Assembly: GCF_001194135.2 (NCBI RefSeq)
Contig: NC_068989.1
Span: 75,380,234-75,424,763 of the forward strand
DNA: 44,530 nucleotides
Direction of reading: 5' to 3'
Source: Octopus bimaculoides
Taxonomy: Eukaryota
The notes under the pieces were generated by a model. That model was not told where the DNA came from and ran no database searches. It saw only the letters and a program-made list of their open reading frames with translations. How positions within the stretch are numbered: position 1 is the first letter of the stretch; each line of letters begins with the position of its first letter. This document shows, piece after piece, positions 12,525 through 24,171 of this stretch. The position numbers and the translations under genes are program-made.

Positions 12525-12845
12525 GGTGCAAGCATGGCTATGTGTGTGGAAAGAAGTTGGCTTCCCAACCACATGGTTCTGAGTTCAATCCCACTGACAC
12601 AGTGGGCAACTTGGACTATAGTCTTTGACTAAAGCCTTAGAAAGTATATTGAAGGCAAGTTTCGTGTGACTTTGTGGTTGATATTAAAGACCAAATGTCA
12701 CTACAGTAACATATCGGGATGATGTTTTAATAAAAGAGGATCCCAGCTCCATGTCCCTCCAAGTATCATCATATCCTGGATGTGTCCCTGGCGCTTTTCT
12801 TGTAGGAGGACTAAGAAAGTGTCTCTGTCCATGACTATAAGAGAA
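12525..12845 (+). mobile_element. Family-A head joined to the same unclassified tail (copy 2)
   Basis: GGTGCAAGCATGGCT...GAGTTCAATCCCACTG head, then TATATTGAAGG.AAGTTTC.TGTG...GGATCCCAGCTC...CATGACTATA shared with 11686-11935. Confidence 0.6.
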
Positions 12846-13029
12846 TCTAAAGAATGTAGCAGAGGCATTGCATGATACCAAGCCATATTCATTTGCAGGT
12901 GACTTGCTGGTTCTTTTCTTGGTTAACTGATGATCCAATGATGGTAGGGTTAAAATTACTATGAACTAAAATTCTGTTCAGTAGCACATATATGCGTGCG
13001 TGCACATGTGTGTGCATGTGCCTTGTATA

Positions 13030-13335
13030 CAGGCTGTGGAGTCAAAACAAACAAAACTTTGACTTCGACTCCTCTACTATTGGCACCTCCGACTCCGATT
13101 CTGATTCCGACTCTGACTCCTCTTCATGTAATTAAGTGATTTTGGTCTACATATCTCATAAAGCATATGCATATGCTTGTACTTTGAGTAGGCCTGTATA
13201 TTATAACTGGTTTATAGTAAACAATAAAGACATTGTGAGTCGGAATCAGAGTCGATACAATTTTACTCGCTTTGACTCCGACTACCCCTTAATAGTTTCC
13301 AACTCTGAGACTCCGACTCCGATTCCACAGCCCTG
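13030..13335. mobile_element. hAT-type MITE
   Basis: TIRs CAGG(G)CTGTGGAGTC / GATTCCACAGCCCTG; perfect 8-bp TSD CTTGTATA at 13022-13029 and 13336-13343; repeated subterminal GACTCC motifs. Confidence 0.9.
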
Positions 13336-13366
13336 CTTGTATATAGTCATAGTGTAAACATCATAC

Positions 13367-13438
13367 ACTTTGAAAATTTGCATAAGCTCTGCCCTCGTGA
13401 GACCTGTAGGCTCTGAGCAGACTTTGCTACATATACCA
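13367..13438 (-). CDS. Candidate 72-nt exon (open frame GICSKVCSEPTGLTRAELMQIFK); unverified
   Basis: Minus-strand acceptor CTCTTAACCATTTTTATCTTACAG, donor GTATGA, length a multiple of 3; two of three frames open. Confidence 0.3.
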
Positions 13439-14225
13439 CTGTAAGATAAAAATGGTTAAGAGTGCAATTACTGTTTTGCACTTGGAAGTCATAAACATCC
13501 GACCCGAAGATTGTGTGCGAGATAAACATTGTAGTGTCATCAACAGCGTAAATAATGATAAGTTGTGTTTATTATTCATTTATTTATTGATAGAAATAAA
13601 TATCGTTATTGTTCTTCACGTGGGTGTTTGTTTATTTGTGTTTGCATGTGAATGTGTATGTGTGTGTATGTGTGTGCGTGTGTGTGTGCATGTGCACATG
13701 TGTGTATCTATATATATCTGTCTATATGCATATAATATGTGTAAATATATATATACATATATATATATATATNNNNNNNNNNNNNNNNNNNNNNNNNNNN
13801 NNNNNNNNNNNNNNNNNNNNNNNNNNNNNNNNNNNNNNNNNNNNNNNNNNNNNNNNNNNNNNNNNNNNNNNNCACACACACACATGCATTATGTATATGT
13901 GTGGGTGTATACACACATAGAGTGGAAGTATATGAACTGCCTATTCTGCTAATACTCCTGGAGTAATTTTGATAACTTTCCTGCAGCCAATTAGTGGAAG
14001 GTGAGCAGGATGTATGTATGTGCTCTCATCTGGCTGTCATCTAAACACACACCATTCACAAGGGCAGCTGCTTTCTCTAAACAAAAAGCTCTTTATTTTC
14101 GAGCCAGTTTACTTCACCCCATCTCTCTCTCTCTCTCTCTCTGTCTTTTTCTCTCCCACCTCTCTCTCTCTCTCTCTCTCAAACTGACTTTTTACTTTGT
14201 AAATGATACCTATCTTCTCCTCTAC

Positions 14226-14266
<41 letters not shown>

Positions 14267-14604
14267 AGGGAGGTGGTGGTGGTGGTGGTGGTGGAAGAGA
14301 TGGAGTTTGTATTTCATTTTATGTTTTGAATTGCACGTATAATTTTGACTACGTAATCTTGATTTGTAACAGAACTCCTCCTCATCATTAAAGAAAACGG
14401 AACGAGAGAGAGAAAAAAAAACATTTCTTTTGCGTAATTTATTTTTACTTCTGTTATTTTTTTATTTTATTTTATTCTATTTCTTAGATGGAATAGATAA
14501 GTTATGCGAGTACCAGAATTGCTTGGTTGTAAAAAAAAAAAATAAGCAAACAAATACATACAAAAAAAAATGCAAAAGCAAATTGTATTATTTCAAACTA
14601 TATA

Positions 14605-15150
14605 TATGGCGGCAAGTTGGCAGAATTGTTAGTACACCAGGCAAAATGCTTAGTGGTATTTCATCCGTCTTCATGTTCTGAGTTCAAATTCTACCGAGGT
14701 CGACTTTGCCTTTCATCCTTGTGGGGTGGTGGAGGTTGATAAGATAAGTACCAGTTGTGTACTGGGGTTAATCTCATTGACTGTCTCCTTCTCGCAAAAT
14801 TTCGGGCCTTGTGCCTTAGAGTAGAAAAGGATAAAATATGTACCAGTTGCGTACTGAGGTTGATGTAATCGACTACCTCCCCCCCTAAATTTCAGGCCTT
14901 GTGCCTTTAGTAGAAAGGATTATTTCAAAGTATGTAAAGCTCTAGCTGGCAGAATCATTAGCACGCAGGACAAAAGGCTCAGCAGCCTTTCACCAGTCTC
15001 TGTGTTCTGAGTTCAAATTCTACTGAGGTCGACTTTGCTTTTATTCTTTCTGGGGTCAATAAAATAAGTACTGGTCAAGTACTGGGGTCAGTGTAATTGG
15101 TTTAATCCTCCCCTCAAACTTGCTGGTCCTGTGCTAAAATTTGAAGCCAT
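14605..15150 (+). mobile_element. Tandem family-M SINE array (two near-full copies plus an extra 3' unit)
   Basis: GGCGGCAAGTTGGCAGAATTGTTAG head; GAGGTCGACTTTGC core at about 14697 and 15026; GGCCTTGTGCC tail repeated. Confidence 0.85.
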
Positions 15151-15244
15151 TATTTCAAACTATACTAAAACTTTGATGAAATGCAGTTCTTGAAAAATAC
15201 TTTAGTCCATGACCTGTAGCTGGGAAAACTTTTCTTTAAAAAAA

Positions 15245-15397
15245 TTTGTGTGGTAAAAAGCTTGCTTTCTAACTACATGGGCCCAGGTTCAGTCCCTCTG
15301 TGTGGCACTATAGGCAAGTGTCTTCTACTATAGCCTCAGGCCAACCAAATCCTTGTGAGTGGATTTGGTTGTTGGAAACGGAAAAGAAGCCCATCAC

Positions 15398-15431
<34 letters not shown>

Positions 15432-15620
15432 TCACTGCTTGCCAACCAGCATTGGTGTGTTTACATCCCCATAACTTAGCAGTTCAACAAATGGGATGAA
15501 TAGAATGAGTAGCAGGCTTTAAGGTAAAAAGAAGTATGGGAGTTCATTCGTTTGGCTAAAATCCTTCAAGGTGGTGCCCTAGAATAAGCGCAGTTTAATG
15601 ATTGGAACAAGTTAAAGAGT
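15245..15620 (+). mobile_element. Family-A SINE with tail 1
   Basis: Head, CORE-like segment, (TG)n and tail all present. Confidence 0.85.
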
Positions 15621-15689
15621 AAAATGATAAAAAGAATTATATGGGATCATCATCATCAACATCATTATTAACATTATCATTTTTAAAAG

Positions 15690-16252
15690 CACCTTTTGAG
15701 TATTGGGCCTCGTGGAGGCAATGATACGTGACCAAAGACCTTTGGTGATATACTGTACTTGAGAAGACCCGTCAAGCTAATTGAAATCTTAGTTGTGGCC
15801 AATGCTGGTGTCACATAACTGGCACTCATTCTGGTGACATGTAAAAAGCATGCATTACACTCTTGAAGTGCTTGGCTTTAGGAAAGGCATCCAACCATAG
15901 AAACCATCCCAAATCAGATTGGAACCTGGTGTTAGCCCTATAGCTTACCAGTTTGTCAAACTCTCACCCAGTGGTGAGGGAGCTTTTTTAACCAATTACC
16001 CCAAAATATGTTTATTTACGCTGACATTTGATTTGAAAGGGGGGAAAAAAATCATATCTACTTTTGAATTCAAAAGGTTCATGGAAGAAACATGTTTTTT
16101 TAAAAAATAATTTTACTTATGTCTAACGAGTCCTCATTACTCCCAAGTATTTCGTTTTTACCCTGCTTGGGGTAATTTACCCTGGTTTGCCAACCCCTGG
16201 TCTACCCCACGCCAGCATGGAAAGCAGATGCGAAATGATGATGATGATGATC
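15690..16252 (+). mobile_element. RTE-type LINE 3' end (ORF C-terminus + 3' UTR), interrupted at 15969-16199
   Basis: Remnant LGLVEAMIRD / DLW*YTVLEKTRQAN*, then AGGAAAGGCATCC, CCAGCATGGAAAGC and a (GAT)n tail; links family D to an RTE-like ORF end. Confidence 0.7.
15969..16199. mobile_element. Possible old hAT-type MITE inside the RTE tail
   Basis: Ends CAGTGGT...GGTTTGCCAACCCCTG; the host sequence resumes after it; TSD degenerate. Confidence 0.4.
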
Positions 16253-17133
16253 AAATAGCTATGGAGGACCAGTAGAGGAAAATAAGAATCGGAGTGGTCC
16301 ATGGGCAAAAGATTGTTGAGAAACACTGATTAATATGCATGAATGCAAAATGTTGGCCTTACACAAGAAGTGGAATAAATGCCAGCACAGTTACAATTAC
16401 AACTGTTTTTGCCATAACATGCTCTCTAATATCATATTAAATAGTAGTTATTACAACCAGCGACTGTTATATTTTATTTGTTTTGTTCAAAATGATGTGA
16501 TGGTTACTGGGTGTCGACACATTCTCGTAGACATGAAAATGTCACTGCTAAGTTTTTATAGAATTTTCATTTCAACATTTAAGTAACCACTGAGATATTC
16601 TTCCTTTGTGGAATTAAAAAGATAACATAGTCATACAAAAAAATATGAAAAAAAAAAAGAAAAAGAAAAGATGTACTAGTTGAACCAAAGTTAAACGTAA
16701 ATGGGGAGTGGGTCTTGAAAGTGGACACCGAAAAGGAAAAAAAAAGAAAGAAAAAAGGAAACTCCTTCCAGTACATATCTATTTATGCAACTTTTTCTGC
16801 TTGCCACTATTTACCTTCAACATTTGTGAAGAATTATTAGCAGGAAATTAAACATGGAGGGATTAACAAGAATCTAATTACATTTATAGATAGAACAGGG
16901 TTAGTGTGAAATAAAAAAGAAAAAAAAAAGATGGGAGTGGACAATCCATATCAATACAAGAGAAAGTAAAATAAAAAAAAATACCAGAAAAACACCCAAC
17001 ATAAAAAAGAAAAAAAGAATAAGAAACCCAACCCCCTCCACTGTGAGTTGTAGAAAAATGCAAGGCTTTTATGAAAATTAACTTTCTCTTTCTTCCTTCC
17101 CCACCTTTTTTTTATTATTAATTTTTAATACTG

Positions 17134-17420
17134 AGTGCCCCTGGACTGGCTCTTGTGCGGGTGGCACATAAAATACACCATTTTGAGCGTGGCCGTTGCC
17201 AGTGCCGCCTGACTGGCCTTCGTGCGGGTGACACGTAAAAGAACCCACTACACTCTCTGAGTGGTTGGCGTTAGGAAGGGCATCCAGCTGTAGAAACTCT
17301 GCCAAATCAGATTGGAGGCTGGTGTTGCCATCCGGTTTCACCAGTCCCCAGTCAAATCGTCCAACCCATGCTAGCATGGAAAGCAGACGTTAAACGATGA
17401 TGATGATGATGATGATGATG
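17134..17420 (+). mobile_element. Family-D (RTE 3' UTR-derived) element
   Basis: About two internal units, GGTTGGCGTTAGGAAGGGCATCC, palindrome CCATGCTAGCATGG, (GAT)n tail. Confidence 0.88.
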
Positions 17421-17883
17421 AATAATTTTAAGTTTCAAAATATTTTTATCTCTCCTTTAGTGAGAAAGGTTGACCATTTCTTGAATATTCACAGCTGTCA
17501 GTATCTAATTAAAGCCATGATGATGATGATTTGGCTGGTAGGATCTGACAGATGCTGCTTTTCTCTTTCTGACTAAATGGCAAAAAATCCCTCCCAAACT
17601 GCTATATCTATTGGGAAACTGTAGATTTGTTGGGAGATGGTCTGTGTGATGACAATGTACCCAAGACTTCATAACCCTGCTTTTCCCTATATTGTGCTAT
17701 CTTATTCTATTTTGTTTACTGTTTGTATCCGTTGTGGTTGTTGTTGTTGCTGTTTATCCTCACAGGTTGGGCCTAGTTGAGAACAAACCTATGATGAAAA
17801 ACATTCTACCTGTGGCCATCTGCCTATCTCTCTGCCTGCTTGCCTGCCTCTCTCTTTCTCTCTCACTCCCCTCTATGTGCCAG

Positions 17884-17928
17884 GTTTACAGATGCAGATG
17901 TTGGTGATTACGAACTTCAACATACCAA
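17884..17928 (+). CDS. Candidate 45-nt exon (FTDADVGDYELQHT); unverified
   Basis: Follows a long pyrimidine tract and CAG; donor GTATAC is weak; same 2-2 phase as 10516-10548. Confidence 0.22.
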
Positions 17929-18190
17929 GTATACCAAAATCTAGAATCATGAATTGTATTAGGAAAAGAAATGGCATTGGTTTCCTCATCACCTTCTGTT
18001 GATCTATTTACAGTTTACTCTGCTCTTTTGTTGCTCACCTGGGCTTACTCTTGAGGAACAGATCTTATTTAATCTTTAGGCAAACACTTGTACGTCTATG
18101 TGACACATGTCTAGTGGCCAGCACTTCTTTGAGTCCTGTATGCCTTAGCCACAGGACCAACTTCTATTGTTTGAGTTCTAACTAGGGTCC

Positions 18191-18589
18191 GTGGAAACGC
18201 AATGGCCCAGTGGTCAGAGCAGCGGACTCGCGGTCATAGGATCGCGGTTTTGATTCCCAGACCGGGCGTTGTGAGTGTTTATTGAGCGAAAACACCTAAA
18301 GCTCCACGAGTCTCCGGCAGGGGATGGTGGCGAACCCTGCTGTACTCTTTCACCACAACTTTCTCTCACTCTTTCTTTCTGTTTCTGTTGTGCCTGTAAT
18401 TTAAAGGGTCAGCCTTGTCACACTGTGTCACACTGAATATCCCCTAGAACTACGTTAAGGGTACATGTGTCTGTGGAGTGCTCAGCCACTCGCACGTTAA
18501 TTTCACGAGCAGGCTGTTCCGTTGATCGGATCAACTGGAATCCTCGACGTCGTAAGCGACGGAGTGCCAACAACAACAACAACAACAAC
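18191..18589 (+). mobile_element. Full-length family-B tRNA-headed SINE with TSD
   Basis: 11-bp TSD AACTAGGGTCC at 18180-18190 and 18590-18600; A box TGGCCCAGTGG; 3' hairpin GTTGATCGGATCAAC; (CAA)n tail. Confidence 0.95.
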
Positions 18590-18689
18590 AACTAGGGTCC
18601 ATGACAGATACCACCAACCTGGGTCAGAGTGGAGCTGAGAAAAGTAATACCTGAAGGGTACTCCACTTACCCCAGAGTGTGGGTGAAAA

Positions 18690-19000
18690 GAAGTTGCTAG
18701 AAAATTATTGGAAGTTGTTGAATATTCATTGAGGATGGTAGAAACATCTGGCCCAGAGTTGCAGCATCTGACTCAACAAAGCTTGTGCTGTTCTGCAAGA
18801 GCTTTGCCACCCGCATCAGTGGGTGGTTCCAGGTAGCTCTGATGTCATGGTGGAAGGGGCTGAAACTCTTACAGAGTTGCTTCATTGCCTGATGAGACAT
18901 CATCTCCTGCATTCAGAGACGGAGTACAGCAACACCTTTAGCACACAAGTGTTTTACCCAAAATAGCCTTAGATAACCATAGCCATCCCATCTTCTTTAG
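18690..19000 (-). pseudogene. Possible degraded LINE (CR1-like) ORF2 fragment
   Basis: Remnant SGPDVSTILNE resembles the GPDG..IL motif upstream of the RT domain; many stops. Confidence 0.3.
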
Positions 19001-19914
19001 AGTTATCTCAGAATACATTATCCACTGTGTTCTTTACTTTCCCATCATAGTAGGGTGCGACTTGGGAAACATTTGGTTGTTATTTCTAGCTAGGGAGGTG
19101 ACTATGTAGAGCTCTGTGGGTGGGGAGCCCATCCCCTGCTTGGCTTGTATCTATTGTGGTAGGTCTATGATGTATGCAATTTGTTTTTTGTTTTTGCAAA
19201 TTGATTCCACATGAAATGGAATTATCATTGTCATCATCATTGTCGTCATCGTCATCATCATCATCATAATAATTAATGCTCAAAGTGTCACCCACTCTCC
19301 TGCCACTACGATCCCTCCTACCACTATTGTTATATTCTGATGTCATCACTTCTACTGCTGCCATCACAACTTCATACCACTACTGCCTCATACCACCACT
19401 GCTGCCAGTTTCTGTGACCACCACCAGTGACACCACCATCATTAACTATTGTCACCACTACCTACACACCACCACCACCACCACCACCACCGCCACCGCT
19501 GCTGCTGCCGCCACTTCTCTGCCATTGATCAACACCTGTCATTAAATCATCCCCACCCCCACCATCACCAATATTGAAATCATTGACGACATTTGCTGAT
19601 ATAAATACATCAGACTTTGAAATTACAATATGAATTGGAGAGAAAGAGAGAGAGAATGAATCCTCCACTAAAAACCTTGAATGACTCCACATAAACTGGT
19701 AAACTTTTTTTTATAGATTTTGATGATTTGTTCTTTTAATCTGTTCAAATTATAATGTCGAAGAGAGTAATGAAACAACCCCCCTCCAAAAAAAAATAAA
19801 TAAACAAGAAGCAAAACAGGCAAATAAACAAAGAAAATGATCCCCCCCACCAATAACTAGAGTCCAGTAAGACTATTAATGATCCACATCATCATTAAAA
19901 AAACAAAACAAAAT

Positions 19915-20480
19915 ATGGTTTCTGTGGTCAATCTCACTGTGTGGCACCTTGGACTAGTATCTTCTATGGTAGTCCTGGGCCTGCCAAAGAATTGTGAGTG
20001 GATTTGCTTGACGGAAATTGAAAGAAATCCTGTCGTATGTCTGTGTGTGTTTGTACGTACTCACACAGATATATATTCTTTTATGCGTTTCCATCATTTG
20101 ACTGACTGTGGCCATGCTGGAGCACCGTCTTTAGCTGAAGAAATCGAGCCCAGGACTTGTGCTTTGTAAGCCTAGTACTTATTCTATTGGGGTCATTTAC
20201 CAAACTGCTAAGTTTTGGGGACATAAACACACTAACATCGGTTGTCAAGCAATGGTGGTAGGGGGACAAACAAAGACACACACACATATGTATATATATT
20301 TATATACACACAATGGGTTTCTTTCAGTTTCCGTCTACCAAATCCACTCATAAGGCTTTGGTCAGCCCGAGGCTATAGTAGAAGACACCTGCTCAAAGTG
20401 CCATGCAGTGGGACTGAACTCAGAACCATGTAGTTGGGAAGCAAGCTTCTTACCATGCAGCCATGCTTTTGCCTGTGTTT
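19915..20480. mobile_element. Family-A head (+, 19915-20040) facing a full family-A SINE (-, 20080-20480)
   Basis: Direct matches to the family-A head and tail 1. Confidence 0.82.
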
Positions 20481-20692
20481 GTACTCCCTTCCTCCCATAT
20501 TGATTTTGGTAGCCTGAGGACTCATAAAGAAGAGTCATCAGATGAAGTGAATGAATCTTAAACATTGGTTAATGGTTAATTGGTAATTTGTGTGTTGTTG
20601 ATTGTCTATTTGGTTGGATTTTTTCTTTTCTTTTTTTCCTGTATTCTCACTGTATGTCACCTTTGATGAGAGACCTCACACACACACACATA

Positions 20693-20726
<34 letters not shown>

Positions 20727-21346
20727 NNNNNNNNNNNNNNNNNNNNNNNNNNNNNNNNNNNNNNNNNNNNNNNNNNNNNNNNNNNNNNNNNNNNNNNNNN
20801 NNNNNNNNNNNNNNNNNNNNNNNNNNNNNNNNNNNNNNNNNNNNNNNNNNNNNNNNNNNNNNNNNNNNNNNNNNNNNNNNNNNNNNNNNNNNNNNNNNNN
20901 NNNNNNNNNNNNNNNNNNNNNNNNNNNNNNNNNNNNNNNNNNNNNNNNNNNNNNNNNNNNNNNNNNNNNNNNNNNNNNNNNNNNNNNNNNNNNNNNNNNN
21001 NNNNNNNNNNNNNNNNNNNNNNNNNNNNNNNNNNNNNNNNNNNNNNNNNNNNNNNNNNNNNNNNNNNNNNNNNNNNNNNNNNNNNNNNNNNNNNNNNNNN
21101 NNNNNNNNNNNNNNNNNNNNNNNNNNNNNNNNNNNNNNNNNNNNNNNNNNNNNNNNNNNNNNNNNNNNNNNNNNNNNNNNNNNNNNNNNNNNNNNNNNNN
21201 NNNNNNNNNNNNNNNNNNNNNNNNNNNNNNNNNNNNNNNNNNNNNNNNNNNNNNNNNNNNNNNNNNNNNNNNNNNNNNNNNNNNNNNNNNNNNNNNNNNN
21301 NNNNNNNNNNNNNNNNNNNNNNNNNNNNNNNNNNNNNNNNNNNNNN

Positions 21347-21608
21347 GTGTAGCCATCTGGTCCACCAGTCCTCAGTCAAATCATCCAACCCATGCTAGCA
21401 TGGAAAGCGGACGTTAAACGATGATGATGATATATGCATATATATATGATGGGCTTCTTTCAGTTTCTGACTACCAAATCCACTCACAAAGCTTTAGTTG
21501 GCCCGAGGCTATAGGAGAAGACACTTGCCCAAGGTGCCACGCAGTGGGAATGAACCCGGAACCATGTGGTTGGTAAGCAAGCTACTTACCACATAGCCAC
21601 TCCTACAC
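21347..21608. mobile_element. Family-D 3' end (+, 21347-21430) and family-A head (-, 21445-21608)
   Basis: CCATGCTAGCATGGAAAGCGGACGTTAAACG; GACACTTGCCCAAGGTGCCACGCAGTGGG. Confidence 0.85.
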
Positions 21609-21673
21609 ATGTTTCTGCAGCAGTTAATGCACACTGCAAAATTTGCATCTTTATGTGCATTTATATATAAATA

Positions 21674-21719
<46 letters not shown>

Positions 21720-22055
21720 CAAGCTATCAATATGGTACTTTTTTGTTTTAATTTTTAAATTACAAATGGCTTGAAATATTTTTCTTGGCATACTAGTAAA
21801 TTCCACTTAAGCACATATAGATTCATCAAATTTATCTTTATAATTAATATTCCTCTTGTCATAATGTGTGTTTGAATATTATGCTTTCAAAAGGATCCCA
21901 CCTTGTTTGTTATTCTTATCTTGTGTAGTCAAGTAAGAGGCAATATATATTTCTTGGAATGAAGGGCAGTGGAAACAGTCAGAGAGAAGAGAAAATAATA
22001 TGATAAGCTGTAGAATTTCCCAAATTTGATCAACTGGTTCTTCTAATATTTTTGG

Positions 22056-22694
22056 CTATCCTTCTTTGGACACTAAACTCCGCTTGCGAAGACCTGTTGA
22101 GGCAAGTGAAATCGAAATCGAAATCGAACTAAATTTGTAGACTGGCACCCATGCCAACGTCTTCATTGAACACTAAACTCGGCTTGCGAAGACCTGTTGG
22201 GGCAAGCGAAAGCGAAATCGTGATGGCACCAGTACCAGTAAAACACTAAGAGCACCGTCCGAGCGTGATCGTTGCCAGAGCACCAGCTGCCTGGCTTTCG
22301 TGCCAGTGGCACGTAAATAGCACCATTTGAGCGTGACCGTTACCAACATCGCCTTCCTGGCACTTGTGCCAGTGGCACGTGAAAAGACATTCGAGCGAGT
22401 TTGTTGCCAGTACCGCTGGACTGGCTCCTGTGCAGGTGGCACGTAAAATACACCATTTCGAGCGTGGTCGTTGCCAGTACCTCCTGACTGGCCTTCGTGC
22501 CGGTGGCACGTAAAAAGCACCCACTACACTCTCTGAGTGGTTGGCGTTAGGAAGGGCATCCAGCTGCAGAAACTCTGCCAAATCAGATTGGAGCCTGGTG
22601 TAGCCATCTGGTTCACTAGTCCTCAGTCAAATCGTCCAACCCATGTCAGCATGGAAAGCGAACGTTAAACGATGATGATGATGATGATGATGAT
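22056..22694 (+). mobile_element. Longest family-D element: duplicated ORF-end segment + four ~65-70-bp units + RTE-type tail
   Basis: ACACTAAACTC.GCTTGCGAAGACCTGTTG.GGCAAG twice (about 22070 and 22171); four units each ending GGCACGT; (GAT)n tail. Confidence 0.88.
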
Positions 22695-22789
22695 ATGTCT
22701 GCTGCGTTACCCTTGTAATTTTGCTAATTATCTAAATCCTTACTTTTCTTTAATCTGTTGCTGTCTAGCTTATTATCTATCTTTTATCT

Positions 22790-23150
22790 TCTACTTGTTT
22801 CCATCATTAAGACTGCTTCCATGCTGGGGCATTGTCTTGGAGAACTTTTAGTCAAAGGAATCAACACTCGTACTTATTTTCTTTTAAGCCTCACACTTAT
22901 TCTATCGGCCTCTGTTGCCGAACCACTAAGTCATTGGGATGTAAACACGCTACCACCAGTTGTCAAGCAGTGGTGGGAGAGAAACACAGATACAAAGACC
23001 ACCCCTCACACTTCTTTCTGTTTCCGTCTACCAAATCCACTTACAAGGCTTTGGTTGGCCTGAAGCTGTAGTAGAAGGTGCCATTCAGTGTGACTGAACC
23101 TGGAACCATTTGTTTAGGAAGCAAACTTCTTATCACAGAGCCACGCCTGA
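22790..23150 (-). mobile_element. Degraded family-A SINE
   Basis: Tail 1 and head collinear with 23765-24171. Confidence 0.75.
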
Positions 23151-23554
23151 TAAAAAACTTTAAGCTGTTTTACATGTTTATTTATGCTTTGAAATATAAT
23201 TATTTATTAAATTGCTGAATTTCTACAGTTCCTGCTAATTAAGAGAAATTTATTTAGAATTTATTAAGATTTATTGGAATTATTATATGAGAATTTTTTT
23301 TTATCTCTAGCAATTTAAAATTCAACTATTACTTTTAGTATTTCATATAAAGTCTTGTACTTGGCTTAAATTCCGTATACCAATCAACACTTAACCGTTT
23401 ACACAGACTGTTCCTCAGTAATGCCTACACATAAAAATTGTTGTTTTAGTTCTTTATATGCAAGTGCCAAACATTTTTTGGAGAAAACTAAGACTTACAA
23501 CGATAAGCATCAAAATTGCGAGACTGATTAGATAGGCTCAGGTTTTAGGCAGTA

Positions 23555-23690
23555 ATTTGGCTGTGTTGTTACAGCATCAGATGAAATGCCTTGTGATAGC
23601 TATTTTGGCTCCTTGTGTTTTGAGTTCAAATCTTACCAAGGTCAACTTTGCCTTTTTATCCTTCCCGGTCCACCAAAAAAGTGCTGAAGC
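23555..23690 (+). mobile_element. Degraded family-M SINE fragment
   Basis: GAGTTCAAATCTTACCAAGGTCAACTTTGCCTTTTATCC. Confidence 0.6.
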
Positions 23691-23764
23691 AGGGCAGGTG
23701 AGTGGCAGAAAAATTAGAATGTCAGATGAGAGTATTTCAAAGTATTTGTTCTCTTTTACTCTCT

Positions 23765-24171
23765 TTTTTTACTCTCTTTTACTTGTTTCAGTCATTTGAC
23801 TGCGGCCATGCCGGAGCACCGCCTTTTAGTCGAGCAAATCGACCCCAGGACTCATTCTTTGTAAGCCTAATACTTATTCTATCGGTCTCTTTTTGCTGGA
23901 CCGCTAAGTTACAGGGACATAAACACACCAGCATCGGCTGTCAAGCGATGTTGGGTGGGGTGGGGGGACAAACACACACACACACACACACATATATACA
24001 TATATATACGACGGGCTTTTTTCAGTTTCCGTCTACCAAATCCACTCACAAGACTTTGGTCGGCCCGAGGCTATAGTAGAAGACACTTGCCCAAGGTGCC
24101 ATGCAGTGGGACTGAACCCAGAACGATATGGTTGATAAGCAAGCTACTTACCACACAACCACTCCTGCGCC
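23765..24171 (-). mobile_element. Full-length family-A SINE
   Basis: Head (reverse complement GGCGCAGGAGTGGTTGTGTGG), B-box-like GGTTCAGTCCC, CORE-like GGCACCTTGGGCAAGTGTC, internal microsatellite, tail 1. Confidence 0.92.

Noticed and set aside
22070-22225. Hammerhead in the duplicated GCTTGCGAAGACC...GAAATCG segment
   Set aside because: No CUGANGA or compensated core and no stem geometry; it matches the RTE ORF-end sequence at 15755-15790.
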